Shown in pieces: positions 9,948 to 20,383 of a stretch of 64,000 nucleotides of DNA. Both the position numbers and the translations under genes were made by a program. Numbering within the stretch: the first letter of the stretch is position 1; each line of letters opens with the position of its first letter. Under the pieces are notes generated by a model. That model was not told the origin of the DNA and did not search any database. It saw only the letters and a list, made by a program, of their open reading frames with translations. This stretch comes from an uncultured Gemmatimonadota bacterium (GTDB lineage: Bacteria > SM23-81 > DAOVCL01). Location: the NCBI GenBank assembly GCA_964626665.1, contig CAZVGK010000010.1, forward strand, positions 22,850 to 86,849, in the 5' to 3' direction.

Positions 9948-10418
9948 TTATTCCTCCATTAGCTCTTCGGGTGTACAAATCACCGGAGGCTCGTACCCCA
10001 TTGAGCAGCAGACTGCCTCAATCATATGCCTCATCGCTGCATTAGCAATGTGCGTACAGTTCCAAGTTAGGAGATAATCCATACCGTTCACGACAGCAAT
10101 TCCGATATGAAGGGCATCCACCGCCGCTTTCTCCGGTAAGGGGCCTTGGATGATTAACTGCTTTGCAAGTGCCTGGGCTTCAGGACTCAATTCCAAGACT
10201 TGGATACCTTCCAGAGACTGTAGACGTAACGCCGCTGCTTTTGGATCACCTCCACCCGCTTCCTTGATGACAATTTGTGAGATGTACAGATCAAACCTAT
10301 TACGCCCCTGCCACCATTCTCGTGTAATTTTCTGGTGTGCAGCTACGACGAGATCACTACTCGGCCAACCAGTGAGATAGCCTGCTATGGTTGTTTCAAT
10401 ATAGACCTTCGGTTTCAT
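9948..10418 (-). CDS. PIN-domain (VapC-like) protein
   Basis: 'KVYIETT', 'DALHIG.A...GMDYLLTWNCTHIAN', 'ICTPEEL'. Confidence 0.9.
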   Translation of the reverse strand: MKPKVYIETTIAGYLTGWPSSDLVVAAHQKITREWWQGRNRFDLYISQIVIKEAGGGDPKAAALRLQSLEGIQVLELSPEAQALAKQLIIQGPLPEKAAVDALHIGIAVVNGMDYLLTWNCTHIANAAMRHMIEAVCCSMGYEPPVICTPEELMEE

Positions 10419-10977
10419 ATCCTATAGCCCAAGATAAAAATATGAGGTATCGATTTACCAACCTCTACTATCCGATCTAACTGCATTCTAAAATCAGTAT
10501 AAGGAAACATCTCGATGCCTGTCAAGCTATTTTTGTCCCTTTACCATATTATTTGCCAGCTTAACAAAAACCGCCGAGGCTTTGGCCCCGGCGGTCCCAG
10601 AGCGATTAGACCCCTTAACAGCTTCCTCCCCTTGACGGGGGAGGACAGGAATAACTCGCATATGCAAATGGCTCAAATCTCAATCAACGATTCTTGTAAC
10701 AGTCACTAGGGATTAGTTTTTAGGGATGAAGAAAAAAAACATGAAACCGACCCCTGACTACTGATCCCTGACTTCCAGCTCCGGCCCTGAAAGGAAGAAA
10801 CAAGTAGGCAGAACCCTGCTCTGCCACCCACTGTCTACGTATCGGAAATTCTAAAATTTCCGATACGGTCATCAGGGGGGTTGGGGGAAAGGATGTGTTT
10901 TCCCCCATAGGGGCGATAGCCCCTTGGAAGTTAGTGAACGAATGAGCTAACTTTCATCTCAAGGCAAATTTGAGGCA

Positions 10978-11235
10978 CTATGGTTTCTCTAAAACCTGGT
11001 GTGTCCCCACCCTTCTCAGGATATATATGTCTTCTACCTTTTGAAAGGTGAAACGATAGCTCCTTGTGACTTTGGCTTCCCAAATTTCTCTGGGGTCCTT
11101 CATTTTTTTACAACCTAATGAGGGATAGGAGGGATCTCTTAACAAAAACCCCAACTGCTTATCCACTCGTTTTTGGATTGGTTGGGGTAGTTTCTGGTAA
11201 TCTCTTTTAAAAGAGGCAGTAAAATAGAATTTCAT
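10978..11235 (-). CDS. RelE/ParE-like toxin
   Basis: 'FTASFKRDYQKL', 'YRFTF', 'RRVGTH'; 4-bp overlap with the AbrB gene. Confidence 0.85.
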   Translation of the reverse strand: MKFYFTASFKRDYQKLPQPIQKRVDKQLGFLLRDPSYPSLGCKKMKDPREIWEAKVTRSYRFTFQKVEDIYILRRVGTHQVLEKP

Positions 11236-11513
11236 GCTTGGCTCTTAAGGTCTTTAAGTAAATCCTTGATGCTATCATAGGGGCCACTTATCCGGCCTTC
11301 TTTAATATCCTTGTCTGCCTCTCTCTCCTTTGCCTGCCACTCTTTAGAGAAAAACCATGTTTGCTCTCTGGGAACCAATTTTTGCGGTAGCAAAAAGATC
11401 CCATCCCCCTTTTCCTCTACTCGGAGAATATCCCCTACATTTAAGTTGAGTTTCCGATAGATTTCCAAGGGGATGGTGACCTGATGTTTTGGTCCAAGCT
11501 TAACTATTGGCAT
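11232..11513 (-). CDS. AbrB/MazE family antitoxin
   Basis: 'KLGPKHQVTIP.EI..KLNL.VGD', C-terminal 'QTWFFSKEWQAKEREAD'. Confidence 0.88.
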   Translation of the reverse strand: MPIVKLGPKHQVTIPLEIYRKLNLNVGDILRVEEKGDGIFLLPQKLVPREQTWFFSKEWQAKEREADKDIKEGRISGPYDSIKDLLKDLKSQA

Positions 11514-11542
11514 GACTTGCCTCCTTAAGGTGAAATTATTTC

Positions 11543-11580
11543 CTTACTGTAAGAATAATATGAGAAATTAAGGTTGTCAA
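11543..11580 (-). promoter_or_regulatory. Sigma70 promoter with palindromic operator for the AbrB-RelE operon
   Basis: TTGACA-17-TATTCT on minus strand; palindrome CTTACAGTAAG overlaps the -10. Confidence 0.7.
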
Positions 11581-12363
11581 GTGAAATATGGAAGACGGAG
11601 TGGCCTCGGTGATGTAATTGGACATTACGCAATTCCTTGGAAAATCCGGTGACCCCCCTTTCCTCATCAATGGAGGTAGACTCCTTATTCCATGCTGACA
11701 GGGCTCCTGCCCTGACAGCCTTCTATCATGATACACGAACCACGCCCCACGGCTCTGGGCTTCCCCAGTTTCTGATTTTCCAGTTTCTGATTTTCGTCTC
11801 TCGTCTCTCGTCTCTCGTCTCTCATTTCTATTTGAGCAGCATCGTCCTCTTGGGATAGGGCAAGCTTAAAATTTTATGAATGCCCCCTCTTTCCCGCCCT
11901 CCGCTTTGCCTTCGAGAGAGACTCCCATTGGTCGGTGTAAGTGAAAGCATATTGGGTTGCAACAGAAAAATAGGAAGTGTCCCGAATTTAAAATGGATTG
12001 AGAGCGATCTCAGGGGATCGCTACAAATAAGAAGGGAGTTAGAGGCCCTAAAAACGAGAATATTGAGCAAGGGCTAAATTAGTAATTAGAGGTTTGACCC
12101 CAATCTTTGACTATGCTAAAATATCCCCCTTTTTCGAGGAGGGTGTCAACAAAAAACTTCCCACTTATCCCAAAGTAGGAGGTCCCGTAAAGTAGACAAT
12201 TGAAACTGTATTTATTTGGCGAAGACGAAGTGGGTTTCCCTTAAAGCCTATGATGGCGCCACAATTATGCAAGTCCTTATGCCTCGGGAATTAGTATAGG
12301 GCCTAACCTTATTTTATAGCTCGCTTCCATACATCTCAATACAATCCCTATATTCCTCCGTAA

Positions 12364-13881
12364 TCACTTTTCCTTAACCCAGTTTACTCCTCCATCTTTA
12401 GTGATAAAAAGCCCTTGTGAAGTTCCAACATAAACCTCGTTGCCGCTTTCTGGGTTGATAGCTAAGCAGAAAATCTGACCCCAGTTCAGGCCATCTATTA
12501 TAACATTTGACCAGTTCATCCCATTATCGGTCGTTTTGTAAAGTTCTTCCTCTGTCGCAAGCCATAATGTCGTTGCCAATTTTGGGTCAATTACAAAATC
12601 TTGAACATTTTTGTTCAGGTTGGATAACAGAGTGAAATTGCGACCGTTGTCTATGCTAATATAAATTCCTCCCAGCAGAGTCACTGCTATTATCGCCTTG
12701 TCTGCTGTGGGCGAGATCCTGAGGTATTTCACCCTTGCTGGACTACCGTCGATTTTCTCAGACTTTTGGCTGTTCAAGAGAAACCGATATACCGCCTTGT
12801 CGGTCGAGAAAAATGCACTATTGCCCTTGGACACTGCGTCATACACAACTTTGTCCTGAATCTTCACTTCCGGCCAGGTAATCCCACCATCCAGACTTGC
12901 CACAAAGACTCCCTTGCCCTCTCCAACTTCTCCTGCGGGGACTCCTGTGGCAGCGATAACTATCCTATCAGGATCGTTAACATCGAATTTAACCGCATTA
13001 AAATGAAGAGTATAAGAACACCCAGCCCAATCTTGAACACGTAAGCCCATTAACTCCGTTTCTTCCCAAGTCATACCCCCGGAATTTGAAAAAAGCAAGA
13101 ACTTCTTATTTCTCATAGATGCAAAAGATACAAAAAGTTCTTGTGTGTCATTAGGGTTAACCACTAAAAGAGAAATATTGTCCTTTGTCTGTCTGATAGG
13201 AATTCTTACATACTCTTCGGCAAGTTTTTTATATATACAACCTGTTGAGCCTAAAAAATATAGTTTTGGATTCCTAATGGAAAAATGTATCGCATAAATA
13301 GTCACTCCTTCGATTGAAGCCTTTTCAACTGCTTTCTCGAGCGCTCCACCCACAGCAATAGGGTAAACTTGCGCATCAGTCTTTCCCACATAGGTTAATG
13401 GTTCAAGGTTGTGAAAATGTAGTACATACCCCCCTTTAGCAAGCGGCGCTAAAGGTTTAAGGATGAAAGCGTTGGGCATGTTTTCGATAATGCTGATAGT
13501 AAATTGGACCGCTGTATCCGGCAGCCACATATCAACTCTGAAGGGGTCCTTCCTTATCATTACATCCTGAAACCTATCGACATACTTGAGACAGCTTATT
13601 CTCCACTGGGTTGGAGGTTGGGGCTGCCCATAGATTATAAAATAGGCACTATCTGAAACTATCACCGATTCGTTGACTTCTTTCAACCCAATAAGGCCTA
13701 TGGTCATATAGCCAACTAGGTTTTTTTGGACAACCTCTTGTACTTTCAGCTCCCTTAGCTTTCCCCCATCAACCAAAAAAACACCAAAGTGGTCTGGCTT
13801 GGGCATGTCTGCATAAGATTGTGCGAAATAGAGCCACAGAAGTATTGTAAATGTTATTAAGCGCCACAAATTTTTATACAT
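12364..13881 (-). CDS. Secreted protein with C-terminal BNR/Asp-box beta-propeller
   Basis: Signal peptide; repeats SNSGGMTW, SLDGGITW, SIDNGRNF, TTDNGMNW, TKDGGVNW. Confidence 0.75.
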   Translation of the reverse strand: MYKNLWRLITFTILLWLYFAQSYADMPKPDHFGVFLVDGGKLRELKVQEVVQKNLVGYMTIGLIGLKEVNESVIVSDSAYFIIYGQPQPPTQWRISCLKYVDRFQDVMIRKDPFRVDMWLPDTAVQFTISIIENMPNAFILKPLAPLAKGGYVLHFHNLEPLTYVGKTDAQVYPIAVGGALEKAVEKASIEGVTIYAIHFSIRNPKLYFLGSTGCIYKKLAEEYVRIPIRQTKDNISLLVVNPNDTQELFVSFASMRNKKFLLFSNSGGMTWEETELMGLRVQDWAGCSYTLHFNAVKFDVNDPDRIVIAATGVPAGEVGEGKGVFVASLDGGITWPEVKIQDKVVYDAVSKGNSAFFSTDKAVYRFLLNSQKSEKIDGSPARVKYLRISPTADKAIIAVTLLGGIYISIDNGRNFTLLSNLNKNVQDFVIDPKLATTLWLATEEELYKTTDNGMNWSNVIIDGLNWGQIFCLAINPESGNEVYVGTSQGLFITKDGGVNWVKEK

Positions 13882-13941
13882 AGTAAATCCTGGGGCGGAG
13901 CAACCTATCGGGAAACTCCGCCCCTTTGCTATGAGCCTCGC

Positions 13942-14622
13942 TTACTCTGTTTTGGTCTGGAGTTTCTTCCTGAAGTTGAACTCAAAACGAGATTTCTCCG
14001 TTGGGTTTCCAGCCGCATCGGTCTTCGTAGTGAGGTCGTAGATTGCAATCTTGAAGATCTCGGCTACCTCCTCCATTTTCATATTGAATGCAATATATCC
14101 AGTCCATGTCATATCAGGAAGCACTTCAGTGTTGGGAGTAAGGTACCTGAGTCTCCTCATATAGCGATGTAATGCTTCACTCTGACCAGCTATTACCTCT
14201 TGTTTAGTAAGTGCATTATACACATTTCCCATATCATCCATAAGTTTGATTACACTCCCTGTGAATCTCAGAACGTGCCCAGTCCGATTAGTCACAGTAA
14301 CTCTGGCCTGAACGTAAGGTACACCTCCTTCTGGGGTGGACTCCTGCAAGAGATATACTGGTACCTCTTTTTCCGTCGGGCCGAAAAGCCCTTTCTCCGT
14401 CACTTTAATCTTGGGACGAAGTTCAGGGAATTTGTTCAGGGTCGTTTCATCAAGCGGATTAACCTCAAACTTGACCCCACTCTTTTCCTGCACATTGCCA
14501 TACTCACCAGCAGGAACAAACTGCATTAACTGCACTGTTTTGGTGGTAGATGCACATCCTACAATACCCACCAGAGCAAGTAGGCAGCAAACAGCGGCGA
14601 TCTTAAATATACTCCTGTCCAC
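13942..14622 (-). CDS. Hypothetical lipoprotein
   Basis: GTG start after AGGAGGT; lipobox 'IVGC'. Confidence 0.7.
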   Translation of the reverse strand: MDRSIFKIAAVCCLLALVGIVGCASTTKTVQLMQFVPAGEYGNVQEKSGVKFEVNPLDETTLNKFPELRPKIKVTEKGLFGPTEKEVPVYLLQESTPEGGVPYVQARVTVTNRTGHVLRFTGSVIKLMDDMGNVYNALTKQEVIAGQSEALHRYMRRLRYLTPNTEVLPDMTWTGYIAFNMKMEEVAEIFKIAIYDLTTKTDAAGNPTEKSRFEFNFRKKLQTKTE

Positions 14623-14967
14623 TTTACCTCCTTCAGACGTTCTTAGGTTCTTCATTATGTGAAGTGTTCCCGGGCACACCTCAAAGCCCATATCCGCCAT
14701 TCCCAAAATCTATCTTATTTCACACCTCCTTGGTTAGGGATTTATCGGTTACTGTCACACTTAGAAATGGCAAAAGGTGTTCGATTCACCTCCTTTCTAC
14801 AAGAATAACCCCCAGGCATTTTTCGCTAACAAAAACAAGTTCATACACACTTTTCAATTACAAATAAGTATGATACGAGGCGTCTGTCAAGCAAAAAATT
14901 TCGACTTTCTGATTGGCAGAAACTCTAGAAAATTACCCCTCCAGCAGTCTGAAAACTGCAGGTAAGA

Positions 14968-17900
14968 TTATCTCAGCAAGATCATCTTCCTTGTAGCAGT
15001 AAAATCCCCTGCCTTTAATCTGCAAAAGTAGATCCCACTGACCACAGCATTGCCTGATTGGCTACTTGAGTCCCAGCGGACCATCTTATATCCCGCCGTC
15101 TGTTTCTCATCCACCAAGGTAATCACCCTTTGGCCGAGGATGTTATAGATGGTAAGCTCCACATAGTAATCCTTGGGAAGAGCATATCTGATCGTCGTCA
15201 CCGGATTAAAGGGGTTGGGGTAGTTTTGACTCAGAGAGAAGGTTAGTGGTAATCCAGACAAATGTGCGGAAGGCACCGCAACAGGAGGATCCAGCACAAT
15301 TGTGCTATCTATGCTGCCATCATTACCCACATCAATCTCAAGGACAACCTGACTACCACTTAAAGAGTCCCAATTCTGTGGGGTGAACTTATGAGTGGTG
15401 CTTTCACCAAGAGAGAAATTAAAATAGAAAGTGGAGTCAACATGAGCCCCTATTTTTTGTTCGATCTTAAGATCATAGGTTTTGGGTCCACCCCAATTGA
15501 TGTAAGAGAAAGAGGCAAGGTCAGGACTGACCACAAAGTTCACGCTATCGCCAATCGAGATGGAAGTATTGAGCACACTAAAAATGCGCTCACCAGATGT
15601 GTCGGGTAATGCCTTAATTAAGCAGGAAGAGTAACTTTTTATCGAATCAGAGGTAGTGTAACTTGCTGTGCTGATGCTGTCAATATAGGAAACGTAGTCA
15701 ACCGTAGTGGTATCAACGGATGCCTCCTTGATTTGGAACAGACTCTGATTGGTAAACTTGCCATACTCATAGTGGCCCGCTGTATCAACGCCAGTTATCT
15801 TGGTCGTATAATCAATATCTGATGGCAGCCAAAAGCATTTTGCATAGGTGTGAACCTCTACAATAGAATCCTGACTCACAAAAGGTACAGCGCTTGCACC
15901 AGGAATTTCTTCTACAATCTCGCCATCTCCAAATCCAAGGTGTCTTCCCAATTCATCCGTAAAGAGAATATGGGAAGGACCCAAAATATACGCAGTTACA
16001 TGATCTGGCGAATCTAAATTCAAATCATCAGACTTATCCGCCGCTTTCACTTTAGAATAGGGTATAAGTTTCAAGGTCTTGCCGTGCCAGTCGAGATCCC
16101 CAGGCTTTGCGTAGTCCCATTCGTTGTCTGTAAGGTTTATGATGACTTTTTGCTCAGACCCATTTGGATATGGATAATTAGGGTCATATACAGATATTTC
16201 GCCCGTGTTGCCATTCTGTGTCGCCGCCAAAACGATTACTGCGTGCCCCGCACTTAGTACTTTTCCAGTTTTATCAAACCACCAAACGAAGCCTTTATAC
16301 TTGAAGTCAAACATCTCTAAAATGAAGGGGTCGTAATTGCCATAATTCAATTCTTCTTTCACAAAATCGAATACACTAGCAGGTCCTGGCAGGCCTTCCT
16401 GCCAGAACCGTCCTACTTGGTACCAGTGATATTTCTCGATTAGATGGTCTAATTCTGGAATAAGATCTAGCTCATAGGTGGAATTAGCTTCTTGCCCGAC
16501 CAAGGACTCATCAGTGACATCAAGATATTCTGTAAAGAAGAAAACACTAGTCAGACACATGCCAAAGCAGTTACCCAGCGCGTTATTATCCTTAAATTTC
16601 TCGAAGAATTCCTGAATTCTCCTTGGAGCTTCCTCTTTGGTAGAATATGGAAAACCAAAGGCATCCTTAAATTGATCCCAATCATCATCAGGGTTTGGAT
16701 CACTGTAATTCTCGAAGCTATACCCGTCTCGATTCAGCACAAACTCGCCAAATCCCAGAGTGAACATGTGTTCATCCGAGTCCCAAATATAGTCATCGAT
16801 AGCTTCAGCATAAGCTCGAGCCACAACGGTTCGACAGCCTATCCGAGGTGTTTCCCAAGAGAACGATCCATCATCAGGAGTACCCTCAGTAATTGACATC
16901 CAGTTAGAGCCGTCAGTTGTGTAGTCCAGTCTTATATGGTCTATACCGGTACCTTCAGTAGTCCAGGTGATGAAGTAAGTATAGCCACCAACCCAGACTT
17001 CTCCACTTTCGGGCGAGATAAGGGTAATGTTGGCCGTTGGTAACTGAAAATCCACAGTCGTGGTTTCGTCCTCTACAACAATAACGTCTGCCTCAGTCTC
17101 CGTTACATAACCCAACTTTGATGCCCGAACACTGTAAGTTCCTGTGTTGACCTCAAGGCTATAGGTTCCCTCTTCTGAGGTTGTTGTAGTATCAACGAGT
17201 GTCTCGCCTTGCAGAACTTCAATCAACACATCTGGTATAGGAGGTGCTGGAGGGAGACGAACTTCTGTAACAGTGCCAGCGATAGTACCTAAACCTAATC
17301 CTACTCTATCAAAATAGATTTCCCAATTTCCATCCCTGTTGTCCTGCCACACGATGAGCCATCCCTTTTCACCAATAATCGAGATGTCTGGGCTCTTGGA
17401 GTCTTCCAGGCCATCGGTTATGGGGATATTTTCCCCAACCACAATATCAGGGTCATCTACCTCCTGCAGGTAAATGTCCCAGTTGCCATTACGGTTGTCC
17501 TGCCAGACGGTAAAGCTATGTGAGCTGGTATCCACTACAATTTTGGGATAGTAGGAGTGACCTGCCGATCCGATCGAGATTGCATCGTTGACGTCCCTGA
17601 GCCATTTAATCTGAGCGTTCTCCTGGAAGGCAACCCAGAAGGCTGTGGTGTCGGCATAAATAGACGGCCATACGGCATCATCGGAATCATAGATATAACC
17701 GTGATGAGTTATGCTTCCAGTGGTGTCTATTCTGCACCAAGTTAACCGGTAATCAAACCAGCCAGCATCCCGGCGATAGACCACATTGCTAAATCCATAA
17801 TTATCGACACAAACATCGGCCTCTATATCTATGGGGTAAACGGTGTCCCAGATGTCTAAATTCCCACCTATCTTCTCCCCACTGCTGTCCATTCGGCAGA

Positions 17901-18384
17901 AGTAAAGAGTTCGTGTGCTTATTTGAAGTTTCTTCCAAACAATGCTGCTGATCCCAATTGGTGAGGTTGAAATTGCTGGAGCCTCTTCGGTGCTTCCAAC
18001 CGATTTTGGGCCTGCCACAACATTGCCAGATTGATTTAGCTTACAGAAGTATACAGAGCCCCCTTCACGCCAGGTAAGGTAGCTGTTGCCCAATGAGTCA
18101 ATGGAAATGTCGGGATTAGTAGAGGAACCAGAGGTGTTGGAAACATTTGTGTCATCAACAAGTTTGTTTCCATTATTGTCCGCCTTACAGAAATAAATTT
18201 CCCAGTTTCCATCCCTATTATCCTGCCAGGCAACATAAGAGATACCGTTTTCGTCGGTGGCAATGGTCGGATTTTCTGAGCTGGCAGAGTTGTCTGTCAG
18301 GCGGATATTGGTAGCCTGAACCACTTGATAGCAAAAAACTACAAAAAGAAAGGAAAGAAATAGAGCAAAACCTTTTTTGAACAT
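14968..18384 (-). CDS. Large secreted multidomain protein: WQDNRDGNWEIY repeats, carboxypeptidase-regulatory-like domain, Ig-like domain, putative papain-like domain, C-terminal FlgD/T9SS-A-like domain
   Basis: Signal peptide; three 'WQDNR.GNW.IY' repeats; 'GNCFGMC', 'GHAVIV', 'VYDPN'; 'LSQNYPNPFNP...GIYFCRL'. Confidence 0.8.
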   Translation of the reverse strand: MFKKGFALFLSFLFVVFCYQVVQATNIRLTDNSASSENPTIATDENGISYVAWQDNRDGNWEIYFCKADNNGNKLVDDTNVSNTSGSSTNPDISIDSLGNSYLTWREGGSVYFCKLNQSGNVVAGPKSVGSTEEAPAISTSPIGISSIVWKKLQISTRTLYFCRMDSSGEKIGGNLDIWDTVYPIDIEADVCVDNYGFSNVVYRRDAGWFDYRLTWCRIDTTGSITHHGYIYDSDDAVWPSIYADTTAFWVAFQENAQIKWLRDVNDAISIGSAGHSYYPKIVVDTSSHSFTVWQDNRNGNWDIYLQEVDDPDIVVGENIPITDGLEDSKSPDISIIGEKGWLIVWQDNRDGNWEIYFDRVGLGLGTIAGTVTEVRLPPAPPIPDVLIEVLQGETLVDTTTTSEEGTYSLEVNTGTYSVRASKLGYVTETEADVIVVEDETTTVDFQLPTANITLISPESGEVWVGGYTYFITWTTEGTGIDHIRLDYTTDGSNWMSITEGTPDDGSFSWETPRIGCRTVVARAYAEAIDDYIWDSDEHMFTLGFGEFVLNRDGYSFENYSDPNPDDDWDQFKDAFGFPYSTKEEAPRRIQEFFEKFKDNNALGNCFGMCLTSVFFFTEYLDVTDESLVGQEANSTYELDLIPELDHLIEKYHWYQVGRFWQEGLPGPASVFDFVKEELNYGNYDPFILEMFDFKYKGFVWWFDKTGKVLSAGHAVIVLAATQNGNTGEISVYDPNYPYPNGSEQKVIINLTDNEWDYAKPGDLDWHGKTLKLIPYSKVKAADKSDDLNLDSPDHVTAYILGPSHILFTDELGRHLGFGDGEIVEEIPGASAVPFVSQDSIVEVHTYAKCFWLPSDIDYTTKITGVDTAGHYEYGKFTNQSLFQIKEASVDTTTVDYVSYIDSISTASYTTSDSIKSYSSCLIKALPDTSGERIFSVLNTSISIGDSVNFVVSPDLASFSYINWGGPKTYDLKIEQKIGAHVDSTFYFNFSLGESTTHKFTPQNWDSLSGSQVVLEIDVGNDGSIDSTIVLDPPVAVPSAHLSGLPLTFSLSQNYPNPFNPVTTIRYALPKDYYVELTIYNILGQRVITLVDEKQTAGYKMVRWDSSSQSGNAVVSGIYFCRLKAGDFTATRKMILLR

Positions 18385-18601
18385 GTTAACCTCCCAGTTT
18401 GAAGGTTAGAAACCAATTTTCTGCCTAACTATCTTCCACAATAAGCCTCACCTCCTTTATCCTGGGAAAATCTACCCCATCTCCCTGATCGAGCTTGCCC
18501 AGCATAATCCTGCCCTGCTGGATCTTGAGACCCTGAGCCTCTATACCCAGAGCGGGAATGAAGATGCTCGGCCTCTCTTTGCTTTGGGAATTTGAGATTT
18601 T

Positions 18602-19027
18602 CTATCTTTGTTTCACCAGTTTTAAAATCTCTTCCGTCTGCCAAACCTTGACCACTTTCTGTTGTTGAAAGTGCTTATCATTTGTCCAAACGCCATCGTT
18701 AGGAATGGCTAAAGCCAAAGCCAAAGCGATAAAGGGGACATCATTTTCATCTATATGCCCGATTATCCTATGAGCTTCTTTTAGGAAGGGTTGGATCTTT
18801 TCCGCTGTGACAATACTTATGTTTTCAACAAGCAGATTCAACAAAACATTAATCTCAGCTCTACTGAGACCGCTTTTCTCCACTATTGTAGGGATGTGTT
18901 TACGAATCTCCTCCAGGGAATATTCGGGAAGAAAGAACTCAAACAAGGGGTGTAGAAGTAAACTCCTTGTAGACGAATCTTTAATTAGAGAGGCCACCAG
19001 AATATTTGTATCTAACACAAGCCGCAT
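18602..19027 (-). CDS. PIN-domain toxin (VapC-like)
   Basis: 'LVLDTNIL', 'DENDVPFIALAL', 'WTNDKHF'. Confidence 0.9.
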   Translation of the reverse strand: MRLVLDTNILVASLIKDSSTRSLLLHPLFEFFLPEYSLEEIRKHIPTIVEKSGLSRAEINVLLNLLVENISIVTAEKIQPFLKEAHRIIGHIDENDVPFIALALALAIPNDGVWTNDKHFQQQKVVKVWQTEEILKLVKQR

Positions 19028-19251
19028 CAGAGCTCCTTGTACTTTTTAGCAATTCCCTCTTTTATTCTGGTGCCAATGTCCTCAGCGGTGCTCTCGGTGA
19101 GTTCGCTTTTCGTAGCGATCTCTTCGGATAGTTCTATCTTCTTTGCATATTCCCAGATTGACCTACGAGCTATCTCATCCCAACTGACTTCACTATGAAG
19201 CCTCATAACCCTTTTTAACTCCTCTGGCACCGATATTACAAGCTTTGGCAT
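19027..19251 (-). CDS. Ribbon-helix-helix antitoxin (VapB-like)
   Basis: 'ISVPEELKR.M..HSEVSWDEIAR'; TGATG overlap with the PIN gene; TTGACA-17-TAATTT upstream (19313-19341). Confidence 0.8.
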   Translation of the reverse strand: MPKLVISVPEELKRVMRLHSEVSWDEIARRSIWEYAKKIELSEEIATKSELTESTAEDIGTRIKEGIAKKYKEL

Positions 19252-19379
19252 TTCAGGTCACTCCTTGTTTAACCCCTTAGATAGCCTTTTATCATTTCGT
19301 GGAGTCCATCTTAAATTAACCATAATGATTAGAGATGTCAAGGCCTTTAGGTTTGGTAGCTTGATAATATAGAAATCCC

Positions 19380-20383
19380 AATTTTTAGACAGGACTGACA
19401 GGATAGATAAAAATCCTGTTATTCCATCAGAGAAGCCCGGCAGCAGGCGGCTAAGGTTTTGGCTCCGATTTTTTAGTCTGGTGGGTTTTCAGTCCTCCGC
19501 ACAAAGCCACGGGAGAAAAACGGAAGCTTACTCACCCACCACAAAACTTCAATTAAGAATTAAGAATGTAGAATTAAGAATGAAAAAGGTCTTGAACACG
19601 AATCCCCCGAATAAACGAATCTACACGAATAGATTTATTTACCACGGAACTACAAAGCTTACCACGGAAACTCACGGGAAAAAGCAATTAAGAATTAAGA
19701 ATGGAGAATTAAGAATGAACAAGGTATTCTGCTATCTCAATTGAATTTAACCGCAGATGAACGCAGATTTTCACAGATTATACAAGAATCTTCAAGAATA
19801 TAGGCTTTCACCTTTTAGGTGAAAGAGGGGCTAAACTCAATTTTTATGAGTTTTTTATTTTGACTATCTTGTGATAATCTTGTGAAATCTCGTGGTTTCC
19901 TAACGCATAATTCGGGTTCAATAGTTCTGTTGAGAATAGAGCAGTGCTGATTTATCAAGCAACTTTTCGCAGGCTACCGATTCTAGAGTGTTTGCAGTAG
20001 ATTCATTTGTGGCTTTGTGCAGAGAACTTTTCATTCGTCCTTCTCGTGGCTTCCAAATAATATAATTGAAGATGGGGCCTCAATCTTACCTGAGAAATTT
20101 TATTTTTTCCATTTTAGACAGGATTGACGGGATGAACAGGATAAATAAAAATCATGTAAGTCCTGTTATCCCGTCAGGGAAGTTCAGCCATAGGCGACTA
20201 AGTCCATCAAATTTCGGATCATCATGTCAACTAATTTTAGAATAGTGCAGGTTAAAAACAAAACCCCCTTGCCGTTGAGGCAAGAGGGTAACTGTCAGGA
20301 TTAGGCGGGACTATAAGAGGGTGGCAGAATCAGGGTTTTGCCACCTCAGTTTTCCCGTCAGGGCAGGAGCCCTACCAGCACGA
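19380..20383. repeat. ~1-kb non-coding patchwork of short repeat elements
   Basis: AGAATTA heptamer arrays (19550, 19685); CACGAAT, CACGGAA and CGCAGAT 9-mers; GACAGGAT elements; GTGGCAGAA and CGTCAGGGCAGGAG hairpins. Confidence 0.75.

Noticed and set aside
18425-18644. Short ORF or gene remnant between the PIN gene and the large secreted protein
   Set aside because: One frame looks protein-like (SIFIPALGIEAQGLKIQQGRIMLGKL...) but has no start and no family I can recognise.
19540-19790. CRISPR array
   Set aside because: Repeats are 7-10 bp periodic units without constant 23-47-bp repeats or unique spacers; no cas genes.
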